This document shows, one piece after another, positions 36,738 to 46,489 of a DNA stretch of 64,000 bases. The position numbers were made by a program, and so were the translations under genes. The notes below the pieces were generated by a model that searched no databases, was not told the DNA's origin, and saw only the letters and a program-made list of their open reading frames with translations. Position 1 is the stretch's first letter; each line of letters opens with the position of its first letter. Source of the stretch: Ruminiclostridium sp. GTDB taxonomy: Bacteria; Bacillota; Clostridia; Oscillospirales; Ruminococcaceae. Where the stretch lies: contig JAGALB010000043.1 in assembly GCA_017625405.1 (NCBI GenBank), positions 153,900-217,899 on the forward strand, given 5' to 3'.

Positions 36738-39113
36738 TCAGTTGGCGGAAAGGGAATCCGCTTTGATAATTTTTCTTGCGAGCTTTGCACGTTTCACAGG
36801 AGCTGCAAGCGCATTTTCAAGAACAGTCTGTATTTTTTCTGCAGGAATAAAGTTAATGTTGTTTTTTACAACATCGTCAACTTCTTCAAGATCGGGCACA
36901 TTTTCCTTCGGGAAAATAACAGTTTTTATACCTGCTCTGTATGCTGCCATTGATTTTTCTTTAAGACCGCCGATGGGGAGGACCTTTCCATGCAGTGTGA
37001 TTTCGCCGGTCATTGCCACGTCACGTCTTACGGGAATACCTGAAAGTGCAGATACAAGTGCGGTTGTCATTGTAACACCTGCTGAAGGACCATCCTTCGG
37101 AACAGCACCTTCGGGTGCGTGGATATGAAGATCCTTATTCTTGTAGAATTCCTTGTCAATGCCGTACTTATCGGCCATTGAACGTACAAGGCTCACTGCA
37201 ATTCTGCTGGATTCCTTCATGACATCTCCGAGAGAACCTGTAACTTCGGTTTTTCCCGTGCCGTCAAGGACGATTACCTCAAGAGGCATAGTAACACCGC
37301 CTGCCGAGGTCCACGCCAGACCTGTAACAATACCGATTTCATCGGTTCTGGAAATGGTTTCGGGGATGTGCTTCTGAACTCCGAGAAAATCTTTAAGATT
37401 TGCAGGGGAAACACTTACTGATTTCTGACCGGCTACAAGCTTCTTGGCAGTTTTTCTGCAAATTGCAGAAATCTGTTTTTCCAGCTTTCTTACACCTGCT
37501 TCACGGGTGTAGCCATCAATTACGGAATAAATTGCCTTGTCGGAAATTTTAAGCATTGATTTTGTTATACCATGTTTTTTATATGTTTTGGGTATAAGAT
37601 GATTCTTAGCAATATGGAACTTTTCTTCACGTGTATAGCTGCCAAGCTCGATAACATCCATTCTGTCAAGTAAGGGGGCAGGGATCGTATCAGTTGTGTT
37701 GGCAGTCGTGATAAAAAGGGCATCGCTTAAATCAACGGGTATCTCAAAATAGTGGTCGGTGAATGTGACATTCTGTTCGGGGTCAAGAACTTCCAGCATT
37801 GCGGAAGCAGGGTCTCCCTTATAATCATTGCCCATCTTGTCAATTTCATCGAAGAGAATAACGGGGTTCATACATTTCGCCTGCTTAAGAGCATTGATGA
37901 TACGACCGGGCATTGAGCCTACATAGGTTTTTCTGTGACCTCTGATTTCGGCTTCATCTCTTACGCCACCGAGGGAAACACGTGCATAATTTCTGCCGAG
38001 TGCTGTTGCGATTGATCGTCCGATAGAGGTTTTACCAACACCGGGAGGACCGACAAGGCAGATAATCTGACCCTTGATTTCGGGATTGAGTGCACGTACG
38101 GATATAAGCTCAAGGATTCTTTCCTTAACTTTTTTGAGTCCGTAATGGTCGTCATCAAGTTGTTTTTCTGCCTTTTCAATATCAATTGTGTCCTCGGTAA
38201 ATGTATTCCAGGGCATTTCAAGAATTGAATCGAGATAGGTTTTTATCAGTCCGTATTCCTGAGAGGAAGGGGAAAGCTTGAACATTTTATTGGCTTCACG
38301 GAGAAGCTTTTCCTCAACATCCTCCGAAAATCCGATATTCTGGATTTTATCGCAGTATTCGTAAATTTCTTCATCGCCGTCATCACTGCCGCCAAGCTGA
38401 CGGGAAATAGCCTTCATCTGCTCTCTGAGTATAAATTCACGCTGACTGTTGTCGATAGAGCTTTTTATCTGTTCGTGTATCTCGACTTCAAATCTGAGAA
38501 TCTTTATTTCAGAGGTCAGCATATCAATAAGAAGCTTGGAGCGCTTTACGATTCCGTTTGTTTCAAGGATAAGCTGCTTGTCTTCAGGTCTGAGAAATAC
38601 GTTGAAAATTACAATATCAAATATTTTTTTCAGGTCATTTTCTGCTTCTACCGCTCTGATAAGTTCTTCGGGCATCTTCGGTACAAGAGTTGCATATTCA
38701 CTGAATAATATTTTGATTGCTCTGCAGTATGTAGACTCGGTTTCTTCTGAAATTGCACTTTTTCTTTCTGTAAGAGGTGTTACTTCAGCAACGTCATATC
38801 TGTCGAATTCCGATACGGAAACAATTCTGGCACGTGAAAGACCCTGCACCAGAACACGTGTTATTTTGTCGGGAGTACGAAGTATCTGTCTGACTTCAGC
38901 AATAACACCCACATCAAAAACATCATTTCCTGTATACTCTTCATCAGTGTTTTTCTGTGTAACCAGAAAGACTGTTTTATCGGTAAGACTTGCAGTTTTG
39001 AGCGCTTCAACAAATTTTGGATTTGTGACGTCAAAGTTGATTACCATTTCAGGGAATACAACAAGACCCTTCATAGCAATAAGCGGAAGTATTTTATTTT
39101 TATTTTTATTCAT
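36738..39113 (-). CDS. lon: ATP-dependent Lon protease (LonA)
   Basis: GPPGVGKTS Walker A, PKDGPSAGVTM catalytic Ser. Start moved to ATG 39113 (MNKNKNKILPL, SD AAAGGAA). Confidence 0.95.
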   Translation of the reverse strand: MNKNKNKILPLIAMKGLVVFPEMVINFDVTNPKFVEALKTASLTDKTVFLVTQKNTDEEYTGNDVFDVGVIAEVRQILRTPDKITRVLVQGLSRARIVSVSEFDRYDVAEVTPLTERKSAISEETESTYCRAIKILFSEYATLVPKMPEELIRAVEAENDLKKIFDIVIFNVFLRPEDKQLILETNGIVKRSKLLIDMLTSEIKILRFEVEIHEQIKSSIDNSQREFILREQMKAISRQLGGSDDGDEEIYEYCDKIQNIGFSEDVEEKLLREANKMFKLSPSSQEYGLIKTYLDSILEMPWNTFTEDTIDIEKAEKQLDDDHYGLKKVKERILELISVRALNPEIKGQIICLVGPPGVGKTSIGRSIATALGRNYARVSLGGVRDEAEIRGHRKTYVGSMPGRIINALKQAKCMNPVILFDEIDKMGNDYKGDPASAMLEVLDPEQNVTFTDHYFEIPVDLSDALFITTANTTDTIPAPLLDRMDVIELGSYTREEKFHIAKNHLIPKTYKKHGITKSMLKISDKAIYSVIDGYTREAGVRKLEKQISAICRKTAKKLVAGQKSVSVSPANLKDFLGVQKHIPETISRTDEIGIVTGLAWTSAGGVTMPLEVIVLDGTGKTEVTGSLGDVMKESSRIAVSLVRSMADKYGIDKEFYKNKDLHIHAPEGAVPKDGPSAGVTMTTALVSALSGIPVRRDVAMTGEITLHGKVLPIGGLKEKSMAAYRAGIKTVIFPKENVPDLEEVDDVVKNNINFIPAEKIQTVLENALAAPVKRAKLARKIIKADSLSAN

Positions 39114-39225
39114 TAATATCATTCCTTTGTTCTTTTTATGTACACAGTACATTTCTTTATTATACTATATTATTGTAATAAATGCAAGGGTAATTTGAGC
39201 TTAAAATTTAGCATAATAAGCTTAT

Positions 39226-39618
39226 TTATCCAATTGTAATCCTGTTTCTGATTTTTTCCAGTTTGCCTTCGCCGATTCCGTCAACTTCGGTAAGCTCATC
39301 AATTGTAAGAAAACCGTTATTCTTGTCTCGGTACTCCAGTATCTTTTCGGCAGTTACTTCACCTATACCGTCAAGAGTCATAAGTTCTTCCTTTGTTGCG
39401 GTATTCAGGTTTATAATCATATCTTCGGGAACTATTTCCTTTATAATGACCTGCACAGGAGGCTCATAAGGCACACCCTCCACATAAGAAAAATTGAGAT
39501 TTATTCTTTTGAAAACGGCAAGGAGAAGAATCATGGCGGAAAAGGCAACGGTAATTGACAGCAGAACAATTTTCTGAATAAATCTGCTGCAGAATCTTGC
39601 TTTTCTTAATTTAAGCAT
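39226..39618 (-). CDS. comEA: ComEA-type helix-hairpin-helix DNA-binding protein
   Basis: 130 aa. N-terminal TM. NLNTATKEELMTLDGIGEVTAEKILEYR and ELTEVDGIGEGKLEKI HhH motifs. Confidence 0.85.
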   Translation of the reverse strand: MLKLRKARFCSRFIQKIVLLSITVAFSAMILLLAVFKRINLNFSYVEGVPYEPPVQVIIKEIVPEDMIINLNTATKEELMTLDGIGEVTAEKILEYRDKNNGFLTIDELTEVDGIGEGKLEKIRNRITIG

Positions 39619-39792
39619 AATAAACTCCTTTCTTCGTTTGTATAATTATAAAATAAATATTTCTTGTTGTCAACATACGCTTTGATGCCAAATGAAAAAG
39701 AATATGGAATAAATTTAGTTAATTTTCAATAAAACTATTGATTTAAATGCTTTTTTATTGTATAATAGTATAAATGTATGGTGGAGGTAGCT

Positions 39793-41082
39793 ATGAAGAA
39801 AATTATTTCTTTAATTCTTATTATTTCGGTTTTTATAAGCAATTTTGCTTTTTTTGATATAAACACATCGGCAGCTGAAAACAGGACGCTCATGCAGTTC
39901 CTGGTTGATAATGTCAAAGATTATCGTAAAACAGTTGATATTTCTTCCTATGTCCGTGCGAACAACTGGAAACTTGATGATATAAAGCTTCAGTTACGTT
40001 ATTTTTATCTGTCTGAACCTGAGCTTTTCTTTGTTAACAGAGAAATTGCCGTTCAGTATTCCAGAGATTTTTCAAAGGTTTTGCTTAATTTTGAATATGT
40101 TTATTCTGAGTCTCGTACTGAAAAGATGATGAATAAGATGAAGAAAGCCGCATTGAAGGCTGTTGAAGGTATAACCGACGATATGTCATCTGCTGAAAAA
40201 GCGCTTGTTGTTCACGACTACATAATTCTTAACTGTTCCTATGACCATAAAGAGGAGAATTTTACAGCATATGACTGCCTTGTAAATAAGAGTGCTGTAT
40301 GTCAGGGTTATTCGCTTGCTTTCATGTATGTTATGCGTGACATTCTTGGTTTTGATTGTACAGTTGCATTTTCTGATACACAGAATCATTCCTGGAATGT
40401 AATAAAAATCGGAAAAAGCTGGTACCATGTGGATCTTACTTCTGACGATCCTACTTTTACAGCTTATGGCGGTCAGGGTTATGACTGCGGTGGCGAAGTG
40501 CTGCATCAGAATTTCCTTCTCAGTGATGACGGAGCTTACAAATCCTCACCACTTCACCGTGACTGGTATGCTCTGGATGTTGTTGAAGCTGATAATCCCA
40601 AGTATGATAACTTTTTCTGGAGAAGATCCACGTCAGCAATGTTCAGAGTTGACGGTGTATGGTATTATTCCTATCTTGATGATACTTCACCGGGATTGGA
40701 CTATGATGGCTCAAGTAAAAAAATATATACAAAGATCTGCACTTATGATCCCGAAACAGGAAAGAGGAAGGTTGTCAAAAAAGTTGAATCCCGTTGGAAT
40801 GTCTATCGTGATTCAAATACCGGCAAAAAACTCACAGGTGAATACTGGTATACAAAGAGCTTCTTGAAGCTTGTCTGCGTTAACGATGATATATATTACA
40901 ACACTTCGGATGCAGTTTACAGAATCGATACCGAAACAGGCAAAAACAAAAGAGTGTATACGCTGAAGAAGGATAACATGCAGATATTCTCTATGATTCC
41001 TTATGGCAGCACACGTTTTCGTCTGATATATAAGAAAGACCTTTCTTATCTGAACAAGTATATTACGGTTAAAGTTTCATAA
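39793..41082 (+). CDS. Secreted transglutaminase-like cysteine-protease-fold protein with C-terminal beta-rich domain
   Basis: Signal peptide MKKIISLILIISVF. Cys-His-Asp core AVCQGYS...HSWNVIKI...WYHVDLTSDD. ATG 39793 follows GGAGGT. Confidence 0.75.
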   Translation: MKKIISLILIISVFISNFAFFDINTSAAENRTLMQFLVDNVKDYRKTVDISSYVRANNWKLDDIKLQLRYFYLSEPELFFVNREIAVQYSRDFSKVLLNFEYVYSESRTEKMMNKMKKAALKAVEGITDDMSSAEKALVVHDYIILNCSYDHKEENFTAYDCLVNKSAVCQGYSLAFMYVMRDILGFDCTVAFSDTQNHSWNVIKIGKSWYHVDLTSDDPTFTAYGGQGYDCGGEVLHQNFLLSDDGAYKSSPLHRDWYALDVVEADNPKYDNFFWRRSTSAMFRVDGVWYYSYLDDTSPGLDYDGSSKKIYTKICTYDPETGKRKVVKKVESRWNVYRDSNTGKKLTGEYWYTKSFLKLVCVNDDIYYNTSDAVYRIDTETGKNKRVYTLKKDNMQIFSMIPYGSTRFRLIYKKDLSYLNKYITVKVS

Positions 41083-41094
41083 TTGAGGTGAAAT

Positions 41095-42579
41095 ATGGTT
41101 ATAGATGATAAAAAGTATGAAATGACAGAAGATATAGAGCGACTTTATTCGGTTGTTTCTATTTCTGCTGATATGATTTTTGAATACCGTCCGGGTGAAG
41201 ACACCTTCAGACTTTTCAGAAGGGAAGGACTCAATTTTACCGAGGTTATGTCCCTTAACGGTGATTTTGAGCAGTTCTTCAGAGAAAATAACGTTATTTT
41301 CAACGAAGATCTGGATACCTTTGAACGTCTGTGTGATAATATCCGCAGCGGTATTGACAGAGCGAATTTTGAACTCAGAATAAAAAATCTGGGCGAGGAT
41401 GAATATTTCTGGTACAGAATCAAGATGCGTTCCTGGGGTGATGCAGACGGTCATTTCATCAAGGTTGTCGGCAAATTTGAAAATATCAGTGATATCAAGA
41501 ATGCGGAGATGAGGCTTATTGATAAAGCTGAACGTGACCCTCTGACCAGAATATATAATAAATCCACTACCAAAAAGCTTATCAAGAATTATCTTAGAAC
41601 TGATTCAAAAGATACATATGATGCTTTTATCATAATTGACGTGGATGATTTCAAAAATGTAAATGATACACTGGGTCATCTTTTTGGCGATAGCATACTT
41701 GTTGATCTGTCACAGGAGATGCAGGACCTGTTCCGTTCAAATGACGTTGTCGGCAGAATCGGCGGTGACGAATTCATCGTTTTCCTCAGAGGTATGAAGC
41801 AGAAGAGCCATATCGAAGCAAAAGCAAATGATATATGCAAGATTTTTGATCTGCTTTATTCAGGTGAAGACGGCAGAAAAATCACAGGTAGCCTTGGAAT
41901 TGCCTTATTCCCACAGGACGGCGACACATTTGATGAGCTTTACAGAAAAGCCGATCTTGCACTTTACGCTTCCAAGAGGGCAGGAAAGAGCTGCTATACT
42001 TTTTACAGTGCCGAAAGTGAGGAAAATTCCGGCGCATCGTTACTGCCAAGAGTTGAACAATATAGCCGCAACAAGGAATTTCTCTGCACAAACACTGATT
42101 TTGATTCCTATATCATCAATTCTGCATTTGAAATCAACGATGCAGGCGAGCGCACAAACGAGCTGTATGATATCCTTTATAAAGCAGGCAAGCATTTCAA
42201 TATGAGCCGTATAAGTGTGTATGAATATAATGAAAATCAGGGATGTTTTGAAGTAAAAGAGCAATGGAACAGTAAATTCGGATCAAACACGAGTCATCTA
42301 AAATTCCCGTGTGATGAAAAGGAAATATTGTCCGCACGTGCAGCGTTTGATGACAATAATATTTTCATTGCAGATATAAATAAGGAAAAGCTTCTGGCAA
42401 TTGAAAGCTTCCTGAGAGAACAGGATGTGAAATCCTGTATTGCCTGTGGCAGATTTGCTGACGGTAAGCTTCGTGGATTTGTATGTTTTGAGGAATGTGT
42501 TTCTCCGAAGCTCTGGTCAATTGAAGAAGCGAAGACAACTATTGCTATTACAAAACTCGCTTTTACTTTATATGTTTAA
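41095..42579 (+). CDS. Cytoplasmic PAS-GGDEF-GAF-like diguanylate cyclase
   Basis: 494 aa. DPLTRIYNK, canonical RIGGDEF (41761-41775) preceded by RxxD I-site RSND (41734-41745). Confidence 0.85.
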   Translation: MVIDDKKYEMTEDIERLYSVVSISADMIFEYRPGEDTFRLFRREGLNFTEVMSLNGDFEQFFRENNVIFNEDLDTFERLCDNIRSGIDRANFELRIKNLGEDEYFWYRIKMRSWGDADGHFIKVVGKFENISDIKNAEMRLIDKAERDPLTRIYNKSTTKKLIKNYLRTDSKDTYDAFIIIDVDDFKNVNDTLGHLFGDSILVDLSQEMQDLFRSNDVVGRIGGDEFIVFLRGMKQKSHIEAKANDICKIFDLLYSGEDGRKITGSLGIALFPQDGDTFDELYRKADLALYASKRAGKSCYTFYSAESEENSGASLLPRVEQYSRNKEFLCTNTDFDSYIINSAFEINDAGERTNELYDILYKAGKHFNMSRISVYEYNENQGCFEVKEQWNSKFGSNTSHLKFPCDEKEILSARAAFDDNNIFIADINKEKLLAIESFLREQDVKSCIACGRFADGKLRGFVCFEECVSPKLWSIEEAKTTIAITKLAFTLYV

Positions 42580-42583
42580 AATT

Positions 42584-42623
42584 ATAACTGCTATGAATTT
42601 GTTCATAGCAGTTATTTCTTTAT
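42584..42623 (+). terminator. Rho-independent terminator of the GGDEF gene
   Basis: Perfect 14-bp stem ATAACTGCTATGAA/TTCATAGCAGTTAT followed by TTCTTTAT. Confidence 0.8.
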
Positions 42624-42630
42624 AAAATCA

Positions 42631-42664
42631 AAAAGCCCTTCATACAACGTATGAAAGGCTTTTT
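42631..42664. terminator. Bidirectional terminator (serves tRNA-Arg on the minus strand)
   Basis: AAAAGCCCTTCATAC/GTATGAAAGGCTTTT stem with one mismatch, A-run and T-run on either side. Confidence 0.75.
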
Positions 42665-42740
42665 GGCACGCCAGGAGGGATTCGAACCCCCGACCCTCTG
42701 GTTCGTAGCCAGATACTCTATCCAGCTGAGCTACTGGCGC
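42664..42740 (-). tRNA. tRNA-Arg (anticodon ACG), CCA encoded
   Basis: Reverse complement GCGCCAG-TA-GCTCAGCTGGATAGAGT...CTGG-CTACGAA-CCAG...GGGGGTTCGAATCCCTC-CTGGCGT-G-CCA. Confidence 0.9.
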
Positions 42741-42855
42741 ATAAATCTTAACTTGTTGTCAATCGACTAATATAGTATATCACAATAGGTTGCTTTTGTC
42801 AATAGTTTTGGAAAAATATTTTTTCAGGAATGTTGGTTTCTTTTGATTTCAGCAC

Positions 42856-42884
42856 TTGATTTCTTGATTTCCTTATGTTATAAT
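42856..42884 (+). promoter_or_regulatory. Putative sigma-A promoter of metA
   Basis: TTGATT-17 nt-TATAAT. Confidence 0.55.
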
Positions 42885-42906
42885 ACATATCGTGATTGTA
42901 TATTTT

Positions 42907-42935
42907 GTTCGCCTTTTTATAATTTGCCGGCGAAC
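42907..42935 (+). promoter_or_regulatory. Hairpin in the metA 5' leader whose loop is complementary to the SD
   Basis: GTTCGCC-15 nt loop-GGCGAAC. Loop CCTTTTTATA can pair with the SD region TATAAAGG (42947-42955 area). Confidence 0.35.
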
Positions 42936-42965
42936 GATATTGCAAAATATAAAGGAGATTCATAT

Positions 42966-43898
42966 ATGCCTATAAATATCCCTGCGGGTTTACCTGCATA
43001 TAATACACTTGTTGGTGAAAATATTTTCGTTATGTCGGATGACAAGGCTATGAAGCAGGATATCCGTCCTCTTCGTGTTGCCATTTTCAATCTGATGCCC
43101 ACAAAGATTGAGACAGAAACGCAGCTTCTTCGTCTGCTCAGTAATACTCCCTTACAGGTTAATATAACCCTTCTTCGTACAGCTACCCATATTTCCAAGA
43201 ATACAGCTGCCGATCATCTGGATACTTTTTATAAAACCTTTGATGAAATCGAGCACGAGTTTTTTGATGCGCTTATTATCACAGGTGCTCCTGTTGAGCT
43301 TTATGATTTTGAAGATGTAACATACTGGGATGAGCTTTGCGGTATTATGGAATGGTCAAAGTCTCACGCTTTTTCGACAATTCACATTTGCTGGGGAGCT
43401 TTTGCCGGTCTTTACTATCACTACGGAATCAAAAAATACACACTTGACCAGAAAATGTTCGGTGTTTTCCCTCACAGGGTCAATGCAATCAACCATCCTT
43501 TGCTCAAAGGCTTTGACGATGTATTTTTTGCACCCCATTCACGTCATTCTGAGGTTAAGATTGAAGATATTGAAAACCATCCGAAGCTTACACTTCTCGC
43601 TTATTCCGAGATGGCGGGTGCATATATTGCCGCTGACAGAACAAATCGCCAGATTTTTATTACAGGTCACGGCGAATATGACAGGGATACCCTTAAAAAG
43701 GAATATCTGCGAGATGTAGAGAAGGGGCTTGACAATGTTCCGCTTCCTTATAACTATTTCCCTGAAAATAATCCCGAGCTTCCACCTGATTTCACATGGA
43801 GAGGTGCGGCAGGGCTCATGTATTCCAACTGGCTCAACTTCTGTGTTTATCAGGAAACTCCTTTTGATCTGAGCAAGATGGAACCGCTTATTATATAA
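42966..43898 (+). CDS. metA: Homoserine O-acyltransferase (MetA family)
   Basis: [15 protein letters not shown]...[28 protein letters not shown] 42966 follows AAAGGAG. The listed start 42843 lies upstream of the promoter. Confidence 0.92.
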   Translation: MPINIPAGLPAYNTLVGENIFVMSDDKAMKQDIRPLRVAIFNLMPTKIETETQLLRLLSNTPLQVNITLLRTATHISKNTAADHLDTFYKTFDEIEHEFFDALIITGAPVELYDFEDVTYWDELCGIMEWSKSHAFSTIHICWGAFAGLYYHYGIKKYTLDQKMFGVFPHRVNAINHPLLKGFDDVFFAPHSRHSEVKIEDIENHPKLTLLAYSEMAGAYIAADRTNRQIFITGHGEYDRDTLKKEYLRDVEKGLDNVPLPYNYFPENNPELPPDFTWRGAAGLMYSNWLNFCVYQETPFDLSKMEPLII

Positions 43899-43906
43899 TT
43901 GTATAC

Positions 43907-43945
43907 AGCCGAAGCAGATATTTCTGCTTCGGTTTTGTGTTTTTG
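43907..43945 (+). terminator. Rho-independent terminator of metA
   Basis: AGCCGAAGCAGA/TCTGCTTCGGTT stem followed by TTGTGTTTTT. Confidence 0.85.
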
Positions 43946-43985
43946 CTGAAAGTTTGTTTTTACGGCTTTAAAAGCGGTTTTTAAG

Positions 43986-44014
43986 TTGACAAAACCCTTT
44001 ATTTATGTTAAGAT
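43986..44014 (+). promoter_or_regulatory. Putative sigma-A promoter of the amino-acid ABC operon
   Basis: TTGACA-17 nt-TAAGAT. Confidence 0.5.
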
Positions 44015-44085
44015 ATGGTGTAAAATGCTTTAATATGGTATTATATTAGTTAAATACTGTATTAAGAAAAGAAAGGAAAAAGATT

Positions 44086-44892
44086 ATGAAGAAAAAGATT
44101 TTAGCATTAATGCTCACAGCAGCAATGGTTCTCGGTATTTCTTCCTGCTCTCAGAGCGAAAAGACCGACTGGGATTACATTGAAGACAAGGGTACATTTG
44201 TAGCAGGTATCACATTATTTGAGCCGATGAACTACTATGATGAAAACGGCGAACTTACAGGTTTTGAAACAGAATTCACAAACGCTGTATGCAAAAAGCT
44301 CGGTGTCAAGGCTGAATTCCAGGTAATTGACTGGACAAAGAAGGAATTCGAACTTCAGTCAAAGACAATTGACGCTATCTGGAACGGTCTTACAGTTACT
44401 GAAGACAGAAAAGAAAATATGGCTTTCTCCACTGCATATGTAAGAAACAAGCAGGTTGCAATCATCAAGGTTGACAACGCTGCCAAGTATACAGATGTTG
44501 CTTCTATGGCAGGTGCTACAATGACTGCTGAAGAAGGTTCTGCAGGCCAGACAGCTATTGAAGCTGATGAAGTTCTTTCACAGAACGCATTTGTTGCTTC
44601 TGCTGCTCAGAAGGATGTTCTTATGGAAATCAAGGCAGGAACAACAGAAATCGGTGTTATCGACTATGTAATGGCAAAGGCTTCTATCGGTGAAGGTACA
44701 GACTACGCTGATCTTATGATTGTTGAAGGCGTTGAACTTGCTCCCGAGGAATATGCAGTTGGTCTTCGTCTTGAAGATGCAGCTACACTTGAAAAGGTGA
44801 ATGCTGCTATTGATGAACTTGTTGCAGATGGTACATTAAAGGCTCTTGCTGAAAAGTATGATCTTGCAGATGTTTATGCATTCAACAACTGA
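44086..44892 (+). CDS. Polar amino-acid ABC transporter substrate-binding lipoprotein
   Basis: 268 aa. Lipobox LGISSCS. SBP family-3 resemblance (GFETEF, IDAIWNGLTVT). Confidence 0.85.
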   Translation: MKKKILALMLTAAMVLGISSCSQSEKTDWDYIEDKGTFVAGITLFEPMNYYDENGELTGFETEFTNAVCKKLGVKAEFQVIDWTKKEFELQSKTIDAIWNGLTVTEDRKENMAFSTAYVRNKQVAIIKVDNAAKYTDVASMAGATMTAEEGSAGQTAIEADEVLSQNAFVASAAQKDVLMEIKAGTTEIGVIDYVMAKASIGEGTDYADLMIVEGVELAPEEYAVGLRLEDAATLEKVNAAIDELVADGTLKALAEKYDLADVYAFNN

Positions 44893-44907
44893 TAAAAGGA
44901 TTATTAT

Positions 44908-45555
44908 ATGTCATTTTTAGAGGTAACCGCTCAGCTTGCGGACGGATTTCTTACTACATTATTGATTTTTGCAGTCACACTTGTCTGCTCGATACCGTTA
45001 GGGCTTGTGATTACTTTCGGCTCGATGTCGAAAATAAAGCCTATCAAGTGGCTGACCAAGACATTTGTCTGGATAATAAGAGGTACACCTCTTATGCTTC
45101 AGATTATTATTGTGTTCTATGGTCCCGGACTTCTTTTCGGCTGGCGGGCACTTGACAGACTGGTTGCTGTACTTATCGCCTTTGTAATCAACTACGCCTG
45201 CTATTTTTCTGAAATTTATCGTGGCGGCATTGAAAGTATCCCTAAGGGACAGTATGAAGCAGGACAGGTTCTTGGCATGACTAAGACCCAGATCTTTTTC
45301 AAGATTGTTCTGTTTCAGGTTATAAAGCGTATTGTAGCACCTATGGGCAATGAAATCATCACTCTTGTCAAGGATACATCTCTTGCACGTGTAATTGCAG
45401 TTACAGAGCTTGTAAAAGCTGCGGAAACAATTATTTCTCTGAAGGCGATTATCTGGCCCTTATTCTACATAGGTGCATTCTATCTGCTGTTTTCCGGACT
45501 GCTTTCAATTCTGCTCAGCCGAATTGAAAAGAAGCTCAACTATTACAGTGGTTAA
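44908..45555 (+). CDS. Polar amino-acid ABC transporter permease (His/Glu/Gln/Arg/opine family)
   Basis: 215 aa. EAA-loop region YRGGIESIPKGQYEAGQVLGMTKTQIF. Confidence 0.88.
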   Translation: MSFLEVTAQLADGFLTTLLIFAVTLVCSIPLGLVITFGSMSKIKPIKWLTKTFVWIIRGTPLMLQIIIVFYGPGLLFGWRALDRLVAVLIAFVINYACYFSEIYRGGIESIPKGQYEAGQVLGMTKTQIFFKIVLFQVIKRIVAPMGNEIITLVKDTSLARVIAVTELVKAAETIISLKAIIWPLFYIGAFYLLFSGLLSILLSRIEKKLNYYSG

Positions 45556-45570
45556 TGAAAAGGAGATTCT

Positions 45571-46362
45571 ATGGCATTTCTTGAAATTGAAAATATTTAT
45601 AAGAATTTCGGAAAAACCGAAGTGCTCAAGGGAATTAACTTTTCGCTTGAAAAGGGTGAAGTGCTTGCAATAATCGGTTCTTCCGGCAGCGGCAAGACAA
45701 CACTTCTTCGCTGTATGAACTTTCTCGAACAGCCTGACGAAGGAAAAATCAAAGTAAACGGCGAAACATTGTTTGAAAGCGGAATGCAGTTTTCTGACAG
45801 GGAAGCCCGTGAGAAAAGACTTCATTTCGGTCTTGTATTCCAGTCCTTCAATCTGTTTCCCCAGTATACTGTACTGAAGAATGTTTCACTTGCGCCTGAG
45901 CTGCTTGCAGTGGAAAACAGCGAAAAAAAGCTTTCAAGAGCTGAAAAAGCGGAGATTTTCAGAGAAATCGATGAAAATTCACGCAGACTACTTGATATGG
46001 TAGGCTTAAGCGAAAAAATAGAATCCTATCCATGTGAGCTCTCGGGTGGTCAGCAGCAGCGTGTAGCTATTGCACGTGCGCTTGCCATGAAGCCTGACAT
46101 TCTCTGTTTCGACGAGCCTACTTCGGCACTTGATCCTGAGCTTACAGGGGAGGTTCTTCGTGTTATCCGTGAGCTTAAAAGTTCTGACAGAACAATGATA
46201 GTTGTTACCCATGAAATGAACTTCGCCAAAGGGGTAGCCGATAAGGTTATTTTTATGGCTGATGGCGTTATCGAGGAAATCGGTATACCCGATGAGGTAT
46301 TCGGTAATCCTAAAAGTGAAAAAACAAGAGCTTTTCTTGAAAAATCTCTTGAAAATCCGTAA
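45571..46362 (+). CDS. Polar amino-acid ABC transporter ATP-binding protein
   Basis: GSSGSGKTT Walker A, LSGGQQQRVAIARAL signature, ILCFDEPTSALD Walker B. Confidence 0.92.
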   Translation: MAFLEIENIYKNFGKTEVLKGINFSLEKGEVLAIIGSSGSGKTTLLRCMNFLEQPDEGKIKVNGETLFESGMQFSDREAREKRLHFGLVFQSFNLFPQYTVLKNVSLAPELLAVENSEKKLSRAEKAEIFREIDENSRRLLDMVGLSEKIESYPCELSGGQQQRVAIARALAMKPDILCFDEPTSALDPELTGEVLRVIRELKSSDRTMIVVTHEMNFAKGVADKVIFMADGVIEEIGIPDEVFGNPKSEKTRAFLEKSLENP

Positions 46363-46369
46363 TACAGAT

Positions 46370-46400
46370 TCACCTGCATATTATGCAGGTGATTTTTTTT
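46370..46400 (+). terminator. Rho-independent terminator of the ABC operon
   Basis: TCACCTGCATA/TATGCAGGTGA stem followed by eight T. Confidence 0.88.
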
Positions 46401-46410
46401 ACGGAACCTA

Positions 46411-46439
46411 TTGACAAATCAGAATCTTTGTGTTATTAT
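46411..46439 (+). promoter_or_regulatory. Putative sigma-A promoter of the DUF2325 gene
   Basis: TTGACA-17 nt-TATTAT with TGn extended -10. Confidence 0.55.
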
Positions 46440-46440
46440 A

Positions 46441-46460
46441 TTGTTAGCAAAAACTAACAA
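46441..46460. promoter_or_regulatory. Inverted repeat 1, TTGTTAG-N6-CTAACAA, over the predicted TSS (candidate operator)
   Basis: Perfect 7-bp arms starting 2 nt after the -10. Confidence 0.45.
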
Positions 46461-46489
46461 GTGTCGATTTATTCGACTTTTTTAAAATA

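Noticed and set aside
42843-42965. 41-aa N-terminal extension of metA from a TTG start
   Set aside because: It starts upstream of the predicted metA promoter. MetA homologues begin MPI.IP, and ATG 42966 has SD AAAGGAG.
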